Shown here piece after piece: positions 1-8,292 of a stretch of DNA of 32,000 bases (positions within the stretch are counted from its first letter, which is position 1; the number at the start of each line of letters is the position of its first letter). The DNA is taken from assembly GCF_002803295.2 (NCBI RefSeq), contig NZ_PGGB02000002.1:133222-165221 (forward strand), in the 5' to 3' direction. A program made the translations under genes and the position numbers. The DNA comes from Caedibacter taeniospiralis. GTDB lineage: Bacteria > Pseudomonadota > Gammaproteobacteria > Francisellales > Francisellaceae. Below the pieces are notes generated by a model. It did no database searches, was not told where the DNA came from, and saw only the letters and a program-made list of their open reading frames with translations.

Positions 1-303
1 GAGTTTTATACCTACGAGGCAAAATATACTAAGGAAGCAGGGACTTGTTATCACTGCCCCAGTGGAATTAGTGAAGCATTCGAAGAAGAGACTCAAGCAA
101 TTGCATTAAAGGCTTTTAACATCGTTGGTTGCCGTGGTTGGGGGAGAGTGGATTTCATGTTATCGCCACAAAATAAGCTTTACTTGATCGAGGTTAATAC
201 GGTGCCTGGGATGACAAATTTAAGTTTAGTCCCAAAGGCTGCACAGCAATATGGTTGGGATTTTGAAACCCTGGTGCTAAAAATACTCGAAAGTTCTCTA
301 TGA
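1..303 (+). CDS. ddl: D-alanine--D-alanine ligase, C-terminal fragment (5' end outside window)
   Basis: Frame 1 is open from base 1 to TGA at 301-303. My translation ends ...GWGRVDFMLSPQNKLYLIEVNTVPGMTNLSLVPKAAQQYGWDFETLVLKILESSL, matching the conserved Ddl C-terminus. ATGA overlap with the ftsQ start. Canonical ddl-ftsQ-ftsA-ftsZ order. Confidence 0.85.
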   Translation, partial: EFYTYEAKYTKEAGTCYHCPSGISEAFEEETQAIALKAFNIVGCRGWGRVDFMLSPQNKLYLIEVNTVPGMTNLSLVPKAAQQYGWDFETLVLKILESSL

Positions 304-1034
304 AGCTCAGGTTATATCTAAAGATCACGTGTCTTGTCCTCATGGTCGTGCTTCCATTGGCAGGAGTGCGTTACATCTTTAAGGAAAGTAGCGTGCATCT
401 GCAAAAGGTGAACATTCTGACTAAAGGAGAGCTGGATTATATTTCCAAACCCCAAATTATCAACTTAATTAAGCCATTTCAACAGGAAACCTGGTGGGAG
501 CTCAGAGTGAGTGAGGTTGAGTCGGCACTGAAGACCTATCCTGGAATTAAAGCGATAAAGGTCCAAAAAAAATGGCCAGATCAACTGACGCTTGAACTAA
601 CAGAATATCAACCCAAAGCTTATTGGAATTCTCAGAGCCAGATTTTATTGGAGAATGGTGAGATCATCGCACCCAAATACTTTACTGCCAAGACCGCATT
701 GCCCATATTTTCTGGAGATGAGGAAAATAAAGCGATTATTGCTGACAAGTACCAGGTCTTAGCAAAGATCGCCAGGCAGAATCGTTTTGAGCTGATGGAC
801 ATCAAGTATCAGGGGAATCAATGGCAAGTCGGTTTAAATACAGGTGTAAAGGTATGGTTAGGCGATGTGGATGTAGAAAATAAGTTGAGTGACTTGCTAA
901 GCAACTACCAAAATATAGAAGTTCCAAAAGGGCAAAAACTAATGAGTGTAGACATGCGCTATCATAGTGGTTTTGCCGTTGGTTTTGCGCCTGATGGCGT
1001 GGAAAACAGGAATACTGCAAGTGTAAAAAAATAG
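300..1034 (+). CDS. ftsQ: Cell division protein FtsQ (N-terminal TM helix + POTRA domain)
   Basis: 244-aa ORF with an N-terminal hydrophobic helix, sitting between ddl and ftsA. Overall FtsQ-like sequence (KWPDQLTLELTEYQPKAYW, MRYHSGFAV). Confidence 0.88.
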   Translation: MKLRLYLKITCLVLMVVLPLAGVRYIFKESSVHLQKVNILTKGELDYISKPQIINLIKPFQQETWWELRVSEVESALKTYPGIKAIKVQKKWPDQLTLELTEYQPKAYWNSQSQILLENGEIIAPKYFTAKTALPIFSGDEENKAIIADKYQVLAKIARQNRFELMDIKYQGNQWQVGLNTGVKVWLGDVDVENKLSDLLSNYQNIEVPKGQKLMSVDMRYHSGFAVGFAPDGVENRNTASVKK

Positions 1035-1070
1035 CTTTGATAGAGTTTCTGTCTATCACTAAGTGTGAGC

Positions 1071-1102
1071 TGTCGGTGTGACACTGATTACTCACACCGA
1101 CA
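1071..1102. repeat. Perfect 11-bp stem hairpin (tgtcggtgtga / tcacaccgaca, 10-nt loop) in the ftsQ-ftsA spacer
   Basis: Inverted repeat read directly from the sequence. Confidence 0.6.
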
Positions 1103-1140
1103 CGCTTGGGAGAATTATTTTCCCATGCCAATAAACGCAG

Positions 1141-1162
1141 GGGCGTATTAAATACGCCCTTT
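1141..1162 (+). terminator. Terminator-like hairpin gggcgtatt-a-aatacgccc followed by only TTT
   Basis: 9-bp inverted repeat followed by a short T tract, ~105 nt after the ftsQ stop. The T tract is weak, so this may just be a structural hairpin. Confidence 0.35.
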
Positions 1163-1415
1163 GAGGTGGAAATCCTGGTAAAGCCAAAAAATATCAAGTT
1201 TACGGTGTAAGCAAGATTCAGTTTTATTGAATTTATGGTACAGTGGGCGCAGTTTATTAAAACCTTGGGGCAGGGTGGCGTCGTTGTCGTTTTTAGATCG
1301 TTGAACCAAGTAGAAAATGACTGTTTTTCCAGTCCTACTGTGTTTTCTGATTGAAAAACAAGCGTGTGCAAAACCTATAGTGCAATGCTAAAACAGGAAA
1401 ATGAGTATTTAGAAT

Positions 1416-2651
1416 ATGTCTGGAATCGTGGAAAAAAAGATACTGTGTGCCATTGATATCGGAACCTCGAAAGTTGTTGCTCTGGTTGCTGAAGTCAATG
1501 AAGATGAGCAGATCAATATTATTGGGATTGGCACACAACCTTCAAAGGGGCTCAAAAAGGGTGTGATTGTCAACATTGATGCTACTGTGAAAGCGATTCA
1601 AAAAGCGGCTCAAGAGGCGGAGGATGTGTGTGGATTTAATATCAAAGAAGCCTATATTGGAATCGCAGGAAGCCATATCCGTAGTTTTGACTCGCACGGG
1701 GTGGTGGCGATTGAGAGTTCAGAAGTTTCTCAGCAAGATTTGGATCGAGTGATCGATTCAGCAAAGGCCGTGCCGATGCCCGCGGATCAGGAGATTTTAC
1801 ACATTCTATATCAAGACTTTATGATTGATAATCACAATGGCATAAAAGAGCCGTTGGGGATGTCAGGGGTCCGTTTGGAAGCTAAGGTGCACATGGTTAC
1901 GGCTTCATCAAGCGCCACCCAAAACATTAAAAAATGTGTCAACCGTTGTGGTATTAAGGTGCAGGATATTGTACTGGAGCAGCTTGCTTCAAGCTATGCC
2001 GTACTGACAGATGACGAGAAAGAGCTCGGTGTATGCTTGATCGACATCGGTGGCGGCACAACTGATGTGGCTGTTTTTGTTGAAGGTGCGATCAAACACA
2101 CTTCGGTTATTCCGATCGCAGGAAGTCAGATTACGAGTGATATTGCCCATGCGCTACGTGTGGCAACCGATACGGCTGAGCGGATTAAAATTCAGTATGG
2201 CTGCTCAATGAGTAATCTTGTGAAATCAGATGATGCGATTGAAATTCCAGGTCTTGCAGATCGTTTGGCGCGACGCGTACCTTTGCAAACTTTAGCGGGC
2301 GTGATTGAAGCCAGAACTGAAGAGCTGTTTGGCATTGTCTATGAAGCCTTAGATAAAAATAATCTGCTGGAAGCGATTTCGGCAGGGATTGTTTTAACTG
2401 GGGGAGCCGCCAAAATGAAGGGTATTGCGCAGCTGGCGGAAGAGATTTTTAAAGTTCCTGTGCGCATTGGTGGACCAACTAATATTACAGGCGTTCAGGA
2501 TGTGTTACATAACCCCGTACACTCTACAGGTGTGGGATTAATAAAATATAGTCATATGCAGCTGGAAGAAGGGCAGCTTGCCTACGATGATGTGGTCGAA
2601 ACATCAGGCATGTGGAGCAAGATGAAAGGCTGGTTTGGCAAGCACTTTTAG
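1416..2651 (+). CDS. ftsA: Cell division protein FtsA (actin-like ATPase)
   Basis: 411-aa ORF. Motifs: IDIGTSKVVALV phosphate-1, DIGGGTTD phosphate-2, LTGGAAKMKG adenosine. Lies between ftsQ and ftsZ. Confidence 0.97.
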   Translation: MSGIVEKKILCAIDIGTSKVVALVAEVNEDEQINIIGIGTQPSKGLKKGVIVNIDATVKAIQKAAQEAEDVCGFNIKEAYIGIAGSHIRSFDSHGVVAIESSEVSQQDLDRVIDSAKAVPMPADQEILHILYQDFMIDNHNGIKEPLGMSGVRLEAKVHMVTASSSATQNIKKCVNRCGIKVQDIVLEQLASSYAVLTDDEKELGVCLIDIGGGTTDVAVFVEGAIKHTSVIPIAGSQITSDIAHALRVATDTAERIKIQYGCSMSNLVKSDDAIEIPGLADRLARRVPLQTLAGVIEARTEELFGIVYEALDKNNLLEAISAGIVLTGGAAKMKGIAQLAEEIFKVPVRIGGPTNITGVQDVLHNPVHSTGVGLIKYSHMQLEEGQLAYDDVVETSGMWSKMKGWFGKHF

Positions 2652-2695
2652 TTTAGATTTAAAGCTTAAATATTACAGTAAAGGAGTAATTTTAG

Positions 2696-3895
2696 ATGTT
2701 TGAAATTTCAGAATCGCTAACAGATAACGCGGTGATCAAGGTTATTGGTGTTGGTGGCGGTGGCGGTAATGCGGTTGAACACATGTTATCGCAAAATATT
2801 GAAGGAGTTGAGTTTATTTGTGCCAATACTGACTCCCAAGCCCTTAAAAATTCCAGTGCACGTCATGTGATTCAAATTGGTACTGAACTGACAAAAGGAC
2901 TTGGTGCGGGCGCTAATCCTGAAGTTGGTAAACGTGCGGCTCAGGAAGATCGTTCGCGTATTCAACAGGCACTAGAAGGTGCGGATATGGTGTTTATTAC
3001 GGCTGGAATGGGTGGTGGTACAGGCACAGGAGCAGCTCCAATTATCGCTGAAGTTGCCAAAGAGATGGGTATTTTAACCGTTGCAGTCGTTACTAAGCCT
3101 TTTCCTTTTGAAGGGCGCCGTAGAATGCAACTGGCCGAGTATGGCATTAGTGAGTTATCACAAAGTGTGGATTCTTTGATCACTATTCCTAATGCTAAAT
3201 TATTGAGTGTTTTAGGTAAAAACATCAGCCTTCTTGACGCCTTTAAAGCAGCCAATGGTGTGCTTCAAGGTGCGGTTCAGGGAATTGCTGAATTAATTAC
3301 ACGTCCAGGTCTTATCAACGTAGACTTTGCTGATGTCAGAACGGTGATGTCAGCCATGGGCGTTGCGATGATGGGAACAGCGACAGCGACAGGTGAAAAT
3401 CGCGCGCGTCAAGCGGCAGAAGCGGCAGTGGCAAGCCCATTATTAGAGGATGTAAATTTGGCATGGGCAGAAGGTGTGCTTGTCAATATCACTGCAGGCA
3501 TGGATATGTCAATTGGTGAGTTTGAAGAAGTGGGTGATGTGATCAAAGCCTTCACCTCAGATCAAGCGACGGTTGTTGTTGGTACGGTCATCGATTCAGA
3601 GATGTCAGATGAGCTACGTGTCACTATTGTGGTTACAGGTCTTGAAACAAATGTGGACAAGGTGGCTTTGGCTGGTGGTATTCACAAAGCAGCAAGCCCG
3701 TATTCACGCCAACCCGTCTCATTTCAGCAACAGCCAAAAATTGGTGAAAACAGTCCTTTTAATTCATCTAACATATTAAAGCGCCAAGCGCCTTCAATGG
3801 AAGTGTTAGAGAATGACAAAGAGCAAAAAACGACTGCTGAAGCGAGTGGTGAATATTTGGACATCCCAACTTTCTTGCGTCGCAAAGCAGATTAG
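2696..3895 (+). CDS. ftsZ: Cell division GTPase FtsZ
   Basis: [10 protein letters not shown] and the [10 protein letters not shown] tubulin signature, plus the conserved C-terminal peptide [19 protein letters not shown] upstream. Confidence 0.98.
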   Translation: MFEISESLTDNAVIKVIGVGGGGGNAVEHMLSQNIEGVEFICANTDSQALKNSSARHVIQIGTELTKGLGAGANPEVGKRAAQEDRSRIQQALEGADMVFITAGMGGGTGTGAAPIIAEVAKEMGILTVAVVTKPFPFEGRRRMQLAEYGISELSQSVDSLITIPNAKLLSVLGKNISLLDAFKAANGVLQGAVQGIAELITRPGLINVDFADVRTVMSAMGVAMMGTATATGENRARQAAEAAVASPLLEDVNLAWAEGVLVNITAGMDMSIGEFEEVGDVIKAFTSDQATVVVGTVIDSEMSDELRVTIVVTGLETNVDKVALAGGIHKAASPYSRQPVSFQQQPKIGENSPFNSSNILKRQAPSMEVLENDKEQKTTAEASGEYLDIPTFLRRKAD

Positions 3896-3908
3896 AGGTT
3901 ATTTTGCT

Positions 3909-3944
3909 GTAGTGCAGTAGCCTCCTCCGAGCGGTAGTGCAGTA
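3909..3944 (+). promoter_or_regulatory. Two exact 11-bp direct repeats gtagtgcagta (3909-3919, 3934-3944) upstream of the HlyD/M50 operon
   Basis: Exact direct repeat with 25-bp periodicity in the 96-bp ftsZ-HlyD spacer. A regulatory role is inferred only. Confidence 0.3.
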
Positions 3945-3991
3945 AAAGTACGCAACTCCAGTAACAAAAAACATTAACAAGGAGGTTTCCA

Positions 3992-5047
3992 ATGATGACA
4001 CGTGTTCTCCCATTCATCCTCTGTGCTGTAGGTTTTCTGCCGCTCTCAATTTCTGCTGCGAACCTCCTCACGGCAGATGAAAAAAATTTTAGTGCTTACG
4101 CATCCCTTACCGCAGTCAATGAAGCAACGCTTTCGAGCAAACTAGCAAGCAGCATTGAGAATATCTTCTTTCGTCCAGGAGAAACTTTTAAAAAAGGCGA
4201 TGTGTTGATCGCATTTGACTGTGAAGAAATACAGTTAGAGCTGGATAAAGCCAAAGCGGATTTCAAGTTGAGTGAAGCGGTGTTAAAAAGCACCAAGGAT
4301 TTGAGGAAGTTGAATTCGGCGAGTAATCTGGAAGTGGCTAAGGCAGAAGGTGAGCATGAACGTAATATAGCACAAGTGCGCTTATTACAATTCAAAGAAA
4401 AGCAATGCAAACTGACAGCCCCTTATGATGGTGAGACCATTGTACAAGAGGTTAATGCGCATGAGACGGTAAAAATAGGGGATCCGCTACTGACGATTGT
4501 GAACAATCAGTCCTTGGAAGTGGAAATCTATGTCCCTTCTATTTGGCTGAAGGACATCCATATTGGCTCTTCTTTCCAGTTGCACCTTGATGAGTTTAGC
4601 CTAGACAAGACCTTTCATGGAGTCGTCACACAAATTGTCGATCGTATTGATCCTGCCAGTCAATCTGCCTTAATTTATGGCAGGCTGCAAAATAATACAG
4701 GGCTTTTTGCAGGAATGAGTGGTGTTGCGCAATTTGAAGTTAATTCTCCAATTAACGAATCAGCTAAAAGTCCAGGTATAATGAGTTCTTTGCTACCTCA
4801 GGATATTATGTCGGTAGTTAATGATTGGAGCTACCCACTTTCGCTGCACTACCCCGCCTCGCAGGCTCGGCACCCCTTCACCAGTGAAGGGGAATTTGGG
4901 GAATGCGTGTCGCTTAATTCCCCTTCACTGGTGAAGGGGTGGACGCAAAGCGGACGGGGTAGTCTTCAAAACCAGCAAAAGTGCATAACTTCAGTGAGTG
5001 AAGCGCATATCAATTCCGATTTAATGACAAATACGAAAGGATCATGA
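3992..5047 (+). CDS. Exported HlyD-family periplasmic adaptor (membrane fusion protein); C-terminal ~100 aa reads through a palindromic repeat element
   Basis: AAGGAGG RBS. Signal-peptide-like N-terminus (LPLSISA-AN). Lipoyl/barrel-sandwich halves (FFRPGETFKKGDVLIAFD ... KLTAPYDGETIVQEVNAHETVKIGDPLLTIV) flank a coiled-coil hairpin, followed by a beta-barrel. ATGA overlap with the next gene. Confidence 0.8.
   Translation: MMTRVLPFILCAVGFLPLSISAANLLTADEKNFSAYASLTAVNEATLSSKLASSIENIFFRPGETFKKGDVLIAFDCEEIQLELDKAKADFKLSEAVLKSTKDLRKLNSASNLEVAKAEGEHERNIAQVRLLQFKEKQCKLTAPYDGETIVQEVNAHETVKIGDPLLTIVNNQSLEVEIYVPSIWLKDIHIGSSFQLHLDEFSLDKTFHGVVTQIVDRIDPASQSALIYGRLQNNTGLFAGMSGVAQFEVNSPINESAKSPGIMSSLLPQDIMSVVNDWSYPLSLHYPASQARHPFTSEGEFGECVSLNSPSLVKGWTQSGRGSLQNQQKCITSVSEAHINSDLMTNTKGS
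4849..4962. repeat. 114-bp nested-palindrome (MITE/REP/RPE-like) element inside the 3' end of the HlyD gene, in frame
   Basis: Termini ctaccccg ... cggggtag. Two internal hairpins, ccccttcaccagtgaagggg and ccccttcactggtgaagggg, are reverse complements of each other. 114 nt = 38 codons with no stop. A related half-copy lies at 24410-24476. Confidence 0.7.
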
Positions 5048-6387
5048 TCGTGCAGGATGTTTTGCTGAACTTATTATCCATACAGCAGGCGCTGAATAAA
5101 ATTAAAAAACTTCGTGAGCTTGCCTTCTTTATCAGTCATCAAACCAAATCAGTTATCGACTATGATCGAGCCATCGTGTGGTCAGTCAATCACTGGGATC
5201 ATCCGCATGTGCTATCCGTTTCGGGGGTAACACAGCTTGATCGCCATAGTGACTATCAGATTAAATTCGATCATTTTATTTCGCTGATCCTGAAATCATA
5301 TAAAACCACCAGCGACACCCTAATCATTAAACACAGTGAGGTGTCGGATAAATTGGCGGAGCTTTGGCCTGATAATTTGAGTGACAAGCTACTGCTGTAT
5401 TTTTTTAAAGACCGTCATCAACGCATCTCAGGTGGCATGATTCTTTCCTCAACAGATGGGTTTAATGAACAAACCACCAAACAGCTGGAGTGGCTTGTTG
5501 AGGCGTACCAGGAAAGCTGGCAAAGGCTGTCTCATCCAAGTAAGCTTGTGCATAAACTGCTGTTTTATTTCACCTTGAAACGTGCCATTGTCTGGGCGGT
5601 CGTATTGATCGCATTGCTATTGATGCTGGTCAGGGTGCCAGAGACGACAGTTGCTCCAGCTTCCATTATTGCCAAGGATCCCTTTATTGTCACAGTTCCT
5701 ATGGAGGGGGTGATTGAAAAAATAGAGGTATTCCCCGACCAAACGGTTGTTGCGGGGGATTTACTCTTTAGTATGGATAAGCGTGATCTTAAGAACGCTA
5801 GTGAGCTTGCTAAGCGTGAGCTTGCCACCGCGGTTGCCAAGTATAAAACGGCAATTCAAAGTGGTTTTGAGGACGTGAAAAAACGCGCAGAAATCAAGGT
5901 ATTGCAGGCACAAATCAGTGAAAAGGAACTGGAGGTCGATTACACAAGCCATCTGCTGCAGGAAGCCGATGTCAAAGCTGAAGTTGCAGGAATTATTGTA
6001 CTTGATAATAAAAACAGATGGATAGGCAAACCCGTGTCAACAGGTGAAAATATCATGCAGATCGCAGATAGTAATAGAGTCGAAATTGAGATATCGCTGC
6101 CAGTGGATCACGCTATTTTTTTCCACCCAGGTGACAAGGTGAAACTATTTTTAAATGCTGATCCCTTAAACCCTGTTTTGGGTACGATTGAATACAGCAG
6201 CTTTGAGGCAGCGATCGTGAATTCCAACATTTTGGCTTACCAAATCATTGCCAGTATTGACCGAAATCAAAGTGCTCCGCGCATTGGTAGCCAGGGAACG
6301 GCAAAAATCATCGGGAATAATGTCAGTCTGTTTTATTACTTGTTTAGAAAGCCAATCAGTAGTTTCAGGCAATTTACGGGGTGGTAG
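5044..6387 (+). CDS. Bitopic HlyD-family adaptor with a ~170-aa cytoplasmic N-terminal (GAF-like?) domain and one TM helix
   Basis: 447-aa ORF. TM helix AIVWAVVLIALLLMLV. Periplasmic part has HlyD hallmarks (PMEGVIEKIEVFPDQTVVAGDLLFSMD ... coiled coil ... VKAEVAGIIVL ... GENIMQIAD). The N-domain assignment is by pattern only. Confidence 0.75.
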   Translation: MIVQDVLLNLLSIQQALNKIKKLRELAFFISHQTKSVIDYDRAIVWSVNHWDHPHVLSVSGVTQLDRHSDYQIKFDHFISLILKSYKTTSDTLIIKHSEVSDKLAELWPDNLSDKLLLYFFKDRHQRISGGMILSSTDGFNEQTTKQLEWLVEAYQESWQRLSHPSKLVHKLLFYFTLKRAIVWAVVLIALLLMLVRVPETTVAPASIIAKDPFIVTVPMEGVIEKIEVFPDQTVVAGDLLFSMDKRDLKNASELAKRELATAVAKYKTAIQSGFEDVKKRAEIKVLQAQISEKELEVDYTSHLLQEADVKAEVAGIIVLDNKNRWIGKPVSTGENIMQIADSNRVEIEISLPVDHAIFFHPGDKVKLFLNADPLNPVLGTIEYSSFEAAIVNSNILAYQIIASIDRNQSAPRIGSQGTAKIIGNNVSLFYYLFRKPISSFRQFTGW

Positions 6388-6390
6388 ACC

Positions 6391-8010
6391 ATGTTAGTCA
6401 GTATGAATAAATTACCACCCTTTCTTCCCCCATTGCGTGAGGATATTCATCTGCAAGAAGGAGGACAGGATTTTAATGGTGGACCCACCTGGATCATTCA
6501 CGACAAAGTCAGCGCTCAGTTTTTTCATTTGGGTTGGAAGGAATATGAAATATTGAGGCATTGGCAAGCCATTGCACCAACTGAGTTTCTCATCAAGCTT
6601 AAAAAGGAATCATTGGTAGAGGCAACAGAAGAAGATTTGGTAAAAATATTGCATTTTTTGTCGACAAATTGTCTTATTGAGCAAAATGTGGAAACTATGC
6701 AAAAGCTCTATCAAAAGCAGCATGGTAAGCAACTGAATTTTTTCCTGTATCTCGCGAAAAATTATTTATTTTTCAGGATTCCCCTTGTGCATCCGAACGA
6801 CTTTTTAGATAGAATCTACCCGTATACGCGCTTTATTTTTACGAAAAGCTTTGCATTGATCATGCTTTTTTTTGCGCTTATGGGGCTTATCCTTTTAATG
6901 AGAGAGTGGACACAGTTTACCCATACCTTCTTTGCATTTTTATCCTTTAAATATATTTTGCTCTATGCCATTGCCTTGGTGTGCGCCAAGAGTTTTCATG
7001 AGTTTGGGCATGCGCTCATGAGTAAGAAATATGGGCTTAATATTCCCTCCATGGGGGTGGCTTTTCTTGTCATGTTTCCCATGCTTTATACCGATACCCA
7101 GGAAAGCTGGCAGATCAAATCCCCTAAAGAGCGCATTACCATAGCTCTGGCGGGTATTATGATGGAAGTGTATATCGCTATCATCGCTATCTGGTTGTGG
7201 CTTTTCTTACCTGATGGGGCATTAAAAAGTATCTGTTTTTTTCTTGCTACCTATAGCCTTTTAACCACGCTGCTCATTAACATCAGTCCGTTTTTACGCT
7301 TTGATGGCTATCATGTTCTCTCTGATCTTTTATCCATGCGTAATTTGCAAACCAGAAGCTTTGCGCTTATGCGCTGGCGTTTACGTAAACTTTTGTTCGG
7401 CTTCAAAGATCCAGCACCAGAAGCCTTCACAGCACATAAGCAAAAAATTTTGATGCTATACGCCGTCGCTACACTTATTTATCGATTTGTACTTTTTTTG
7501 AGTATTGCTATCCTGGTTTACTATTTATTCTTTAAGATGCTCGGCATCGTTCTATTTGCGATTGAAATCATCTATTTCATTTTGCTGCCTATCTGTCGTG
7601 AGCTTAAGGTGTGGTATGACATGCGCGCGAACGTTCGTTTAAACCGAAATACCGTTATTTTAAGCGTGACTCTCGTTGTACTCCTGGGTGTGTTGTTTAT
7701 TCCATGGCAATCCACCGTCAGCATGCCTGCCACACTATCCTATCAAAGCCAGACGCTCTTTAGTGAGCTCCCTGCCAAAGTAAAAACCGTTAGAGTAAAA
7801 AAAGGGCAACAAGTTAAAGCAGGCGATGTCTTAGTAATCCTTGAATCCCCTGAGCTTGACTTTAGGATTCAAAAAACACGGTCGCTGCGAGCCATGGAGA
7901 GCGGAACGCGAGGGCGAGTAGACCCGGGTAGCCTTGCGCTGTTGATCAGCAAGCGACGTGCCGAAGGCGCCAGAGCGAAGTCTGTGAAACAGCTTTTACC
8001 CAAGGCGTAG
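6391..8010 (+). CDS. M50 (site-2-protease family) intramembrane zinc metalloprotease with a PqqD/RRE-like N-domain and the start of a C-terminal HlyD domain; reading frame runs into a repeat insertion and terminates
   Basis: HEFGH zinc motif at 6997-7011. NISPFLRFDGYH (NxxPxxxxDG-type) motif from 7279. Multiple TM helices. From aa ~455 a HlyD lipoyl half (VKTVRVKKGQQVKAGDVLVILESPELD). The last ~43 aa (from ~7879) are encoded by GC-rich repeat DNA, ending at TAG 8008-8010. Confidence 0.85.
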   Translation: MLVSMNKLPPFLPPLREDIHLQEGGQDFNGGPTWIIHDKVSAQFFHLGWKEYEILRHWQAIAPTEFLIKLKKESLVEATEEDLVKILHFLSTNCLIEQNVETMQKLYQKQHGKQLNFFLYLAKNYLFFRIPLVHPNDFLDRIYPYTRFIFTKSFALIMLFFALMGLILLMREWTQFTHTFFAFLSFKYILLYAIALVCAKSFHEFGHALMSKKYGLNIPSMGVAFLVMFPMLYTDTQESWQIKSPKERITIALAGIMMEVYIAIIAIWLWLFLPDGALKSICFFLATYSLLTTLLINISPFLRFDGYHVLSDLLSMRNLQTRSFALMRWRLRKLLFGFKDPAPEAFTAHKQKILMLYAVATLIYRFVLFLSIAILVYYLFFKMLGIVLFAIEIIYFILLPICRELKVWYDMRANVRLNRNTVILSVTLVVLLGVLFIPWQSTVSMPATLSYQSQTLFSELPAKVKTVRVKKGQQVKAGDVLVILESPELDFRIQKTRSLRAMESGTRGRVDPGSLALLISKRRAEGARAKSVKQLLPKA

Positions 8011-8292
8011 AGTAGAATCGGAGGAGTGTTGTCCGTTCGGAATGAGCGTAGCGAATTTGTGAGGACATGCCGAGGAGGCGGACGGCAGGCGCCAGAGCGA
8101 AGTCTGTGAAACAGCTTTTACCCAAGGCGTAGAGTAGAATCGGAGGAGTGTTGTCCGTTCGGAATGAGCGTAGCGAATTTGTGAGGACATGCCGAGGAGG
8201 CGGACGGCCCGGGCAAAATTTATACCGCCGAGGATAGCCGATTCGATTTTGTGTATGGATATACAAAATCTATCATGAGGCCCGAGGCACCC
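7879..8292. mobile_element. ~414-bp GC-rich non-coding insertion interrupting the M50::HlyD gene (boundaries +/- a few bp)
   Basis: Sharp change from AT-rich coding sequence to GC-rich sequence at ~7879 and back at ~8292. The HlyD-domain reading frame stops making sense at 7879 and resumes in another frame at 8279+. Contains a tandem repeat and a hairpin gattttgtgtat/atacaaaatc (8244-8269). Confidence 0.6.
7966..8207. repeat. Tandem direct repeat, 2 copies of a 122-bp unit (7966-8087 and 8088-~8207)
   Basis: The string ggcgccagagcgaagtctgtgaaacagcttttacccaaggcgtagagtagaatcggaggagtgttgtccgttcggaatgagcgtagcgaatttgtgaggacatgccgaggaggcggacgg occurs twice head-to-tail. cccggg sites flank it at 7923-7928 and 8208-8213. 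Confidence 0.9.

Noticed and set aside
1235-1354. 39-codon ORF (MVQWAQFIKTLGQGG...) in the ftsQ-ftsA spacer
   Set aside because: It has no Shine-Dalgarno sequence and no recognisable motif, and its composition is indistinguishable from non-coding sequence.
1350-1380. Candidate ftsA promoter TTGAAA ... TATAGT
   Set aside because: The spacer is 19 bp by my count, too long for a confident sigma70 call, so it is not reported as a feature.
802-1538. Minus-strand ORFs 802-1371 and 1335-1538
   Set aside because: They are antisense to or overlapping ftsQ and ftsA, with Cys/His/Thr-rich junk-like translations and no motifs.
7966-8207. Possible CRISPR array, because of the exact repeats
   Set aside because: There are only two units of 122 bp directly abutting, with no unique spacers and no cas genes. 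It is a simple tandem duplication, not a CRISPR.
7946-8266. Minus-strand ORFs 7946-8266 and 7996-8190
   Set aside because: They lie entirely within the GC-rich tandem repeat. The peptide simply repeats (…SSQIRYAHSERTTLLRFYSTPWVKAVSQTSLWRL…), which is an artefact of stop-poor GC-rich DNA.
7879-8292. Self-splicing intron (group I or II) or intein interrupting the M50::HlyD gene
   Set aside because: It is too short and lacks GUGYG...AY ends for group II. I could not recognise a group I P1/omega-G arrangement (the insertion does not end in G at the inferred junction). It is not in frame and has stops, so it is not an intein. The internal tandem duplication argues for repeat DNA. Only RT-PCR could exclude splicing fully.
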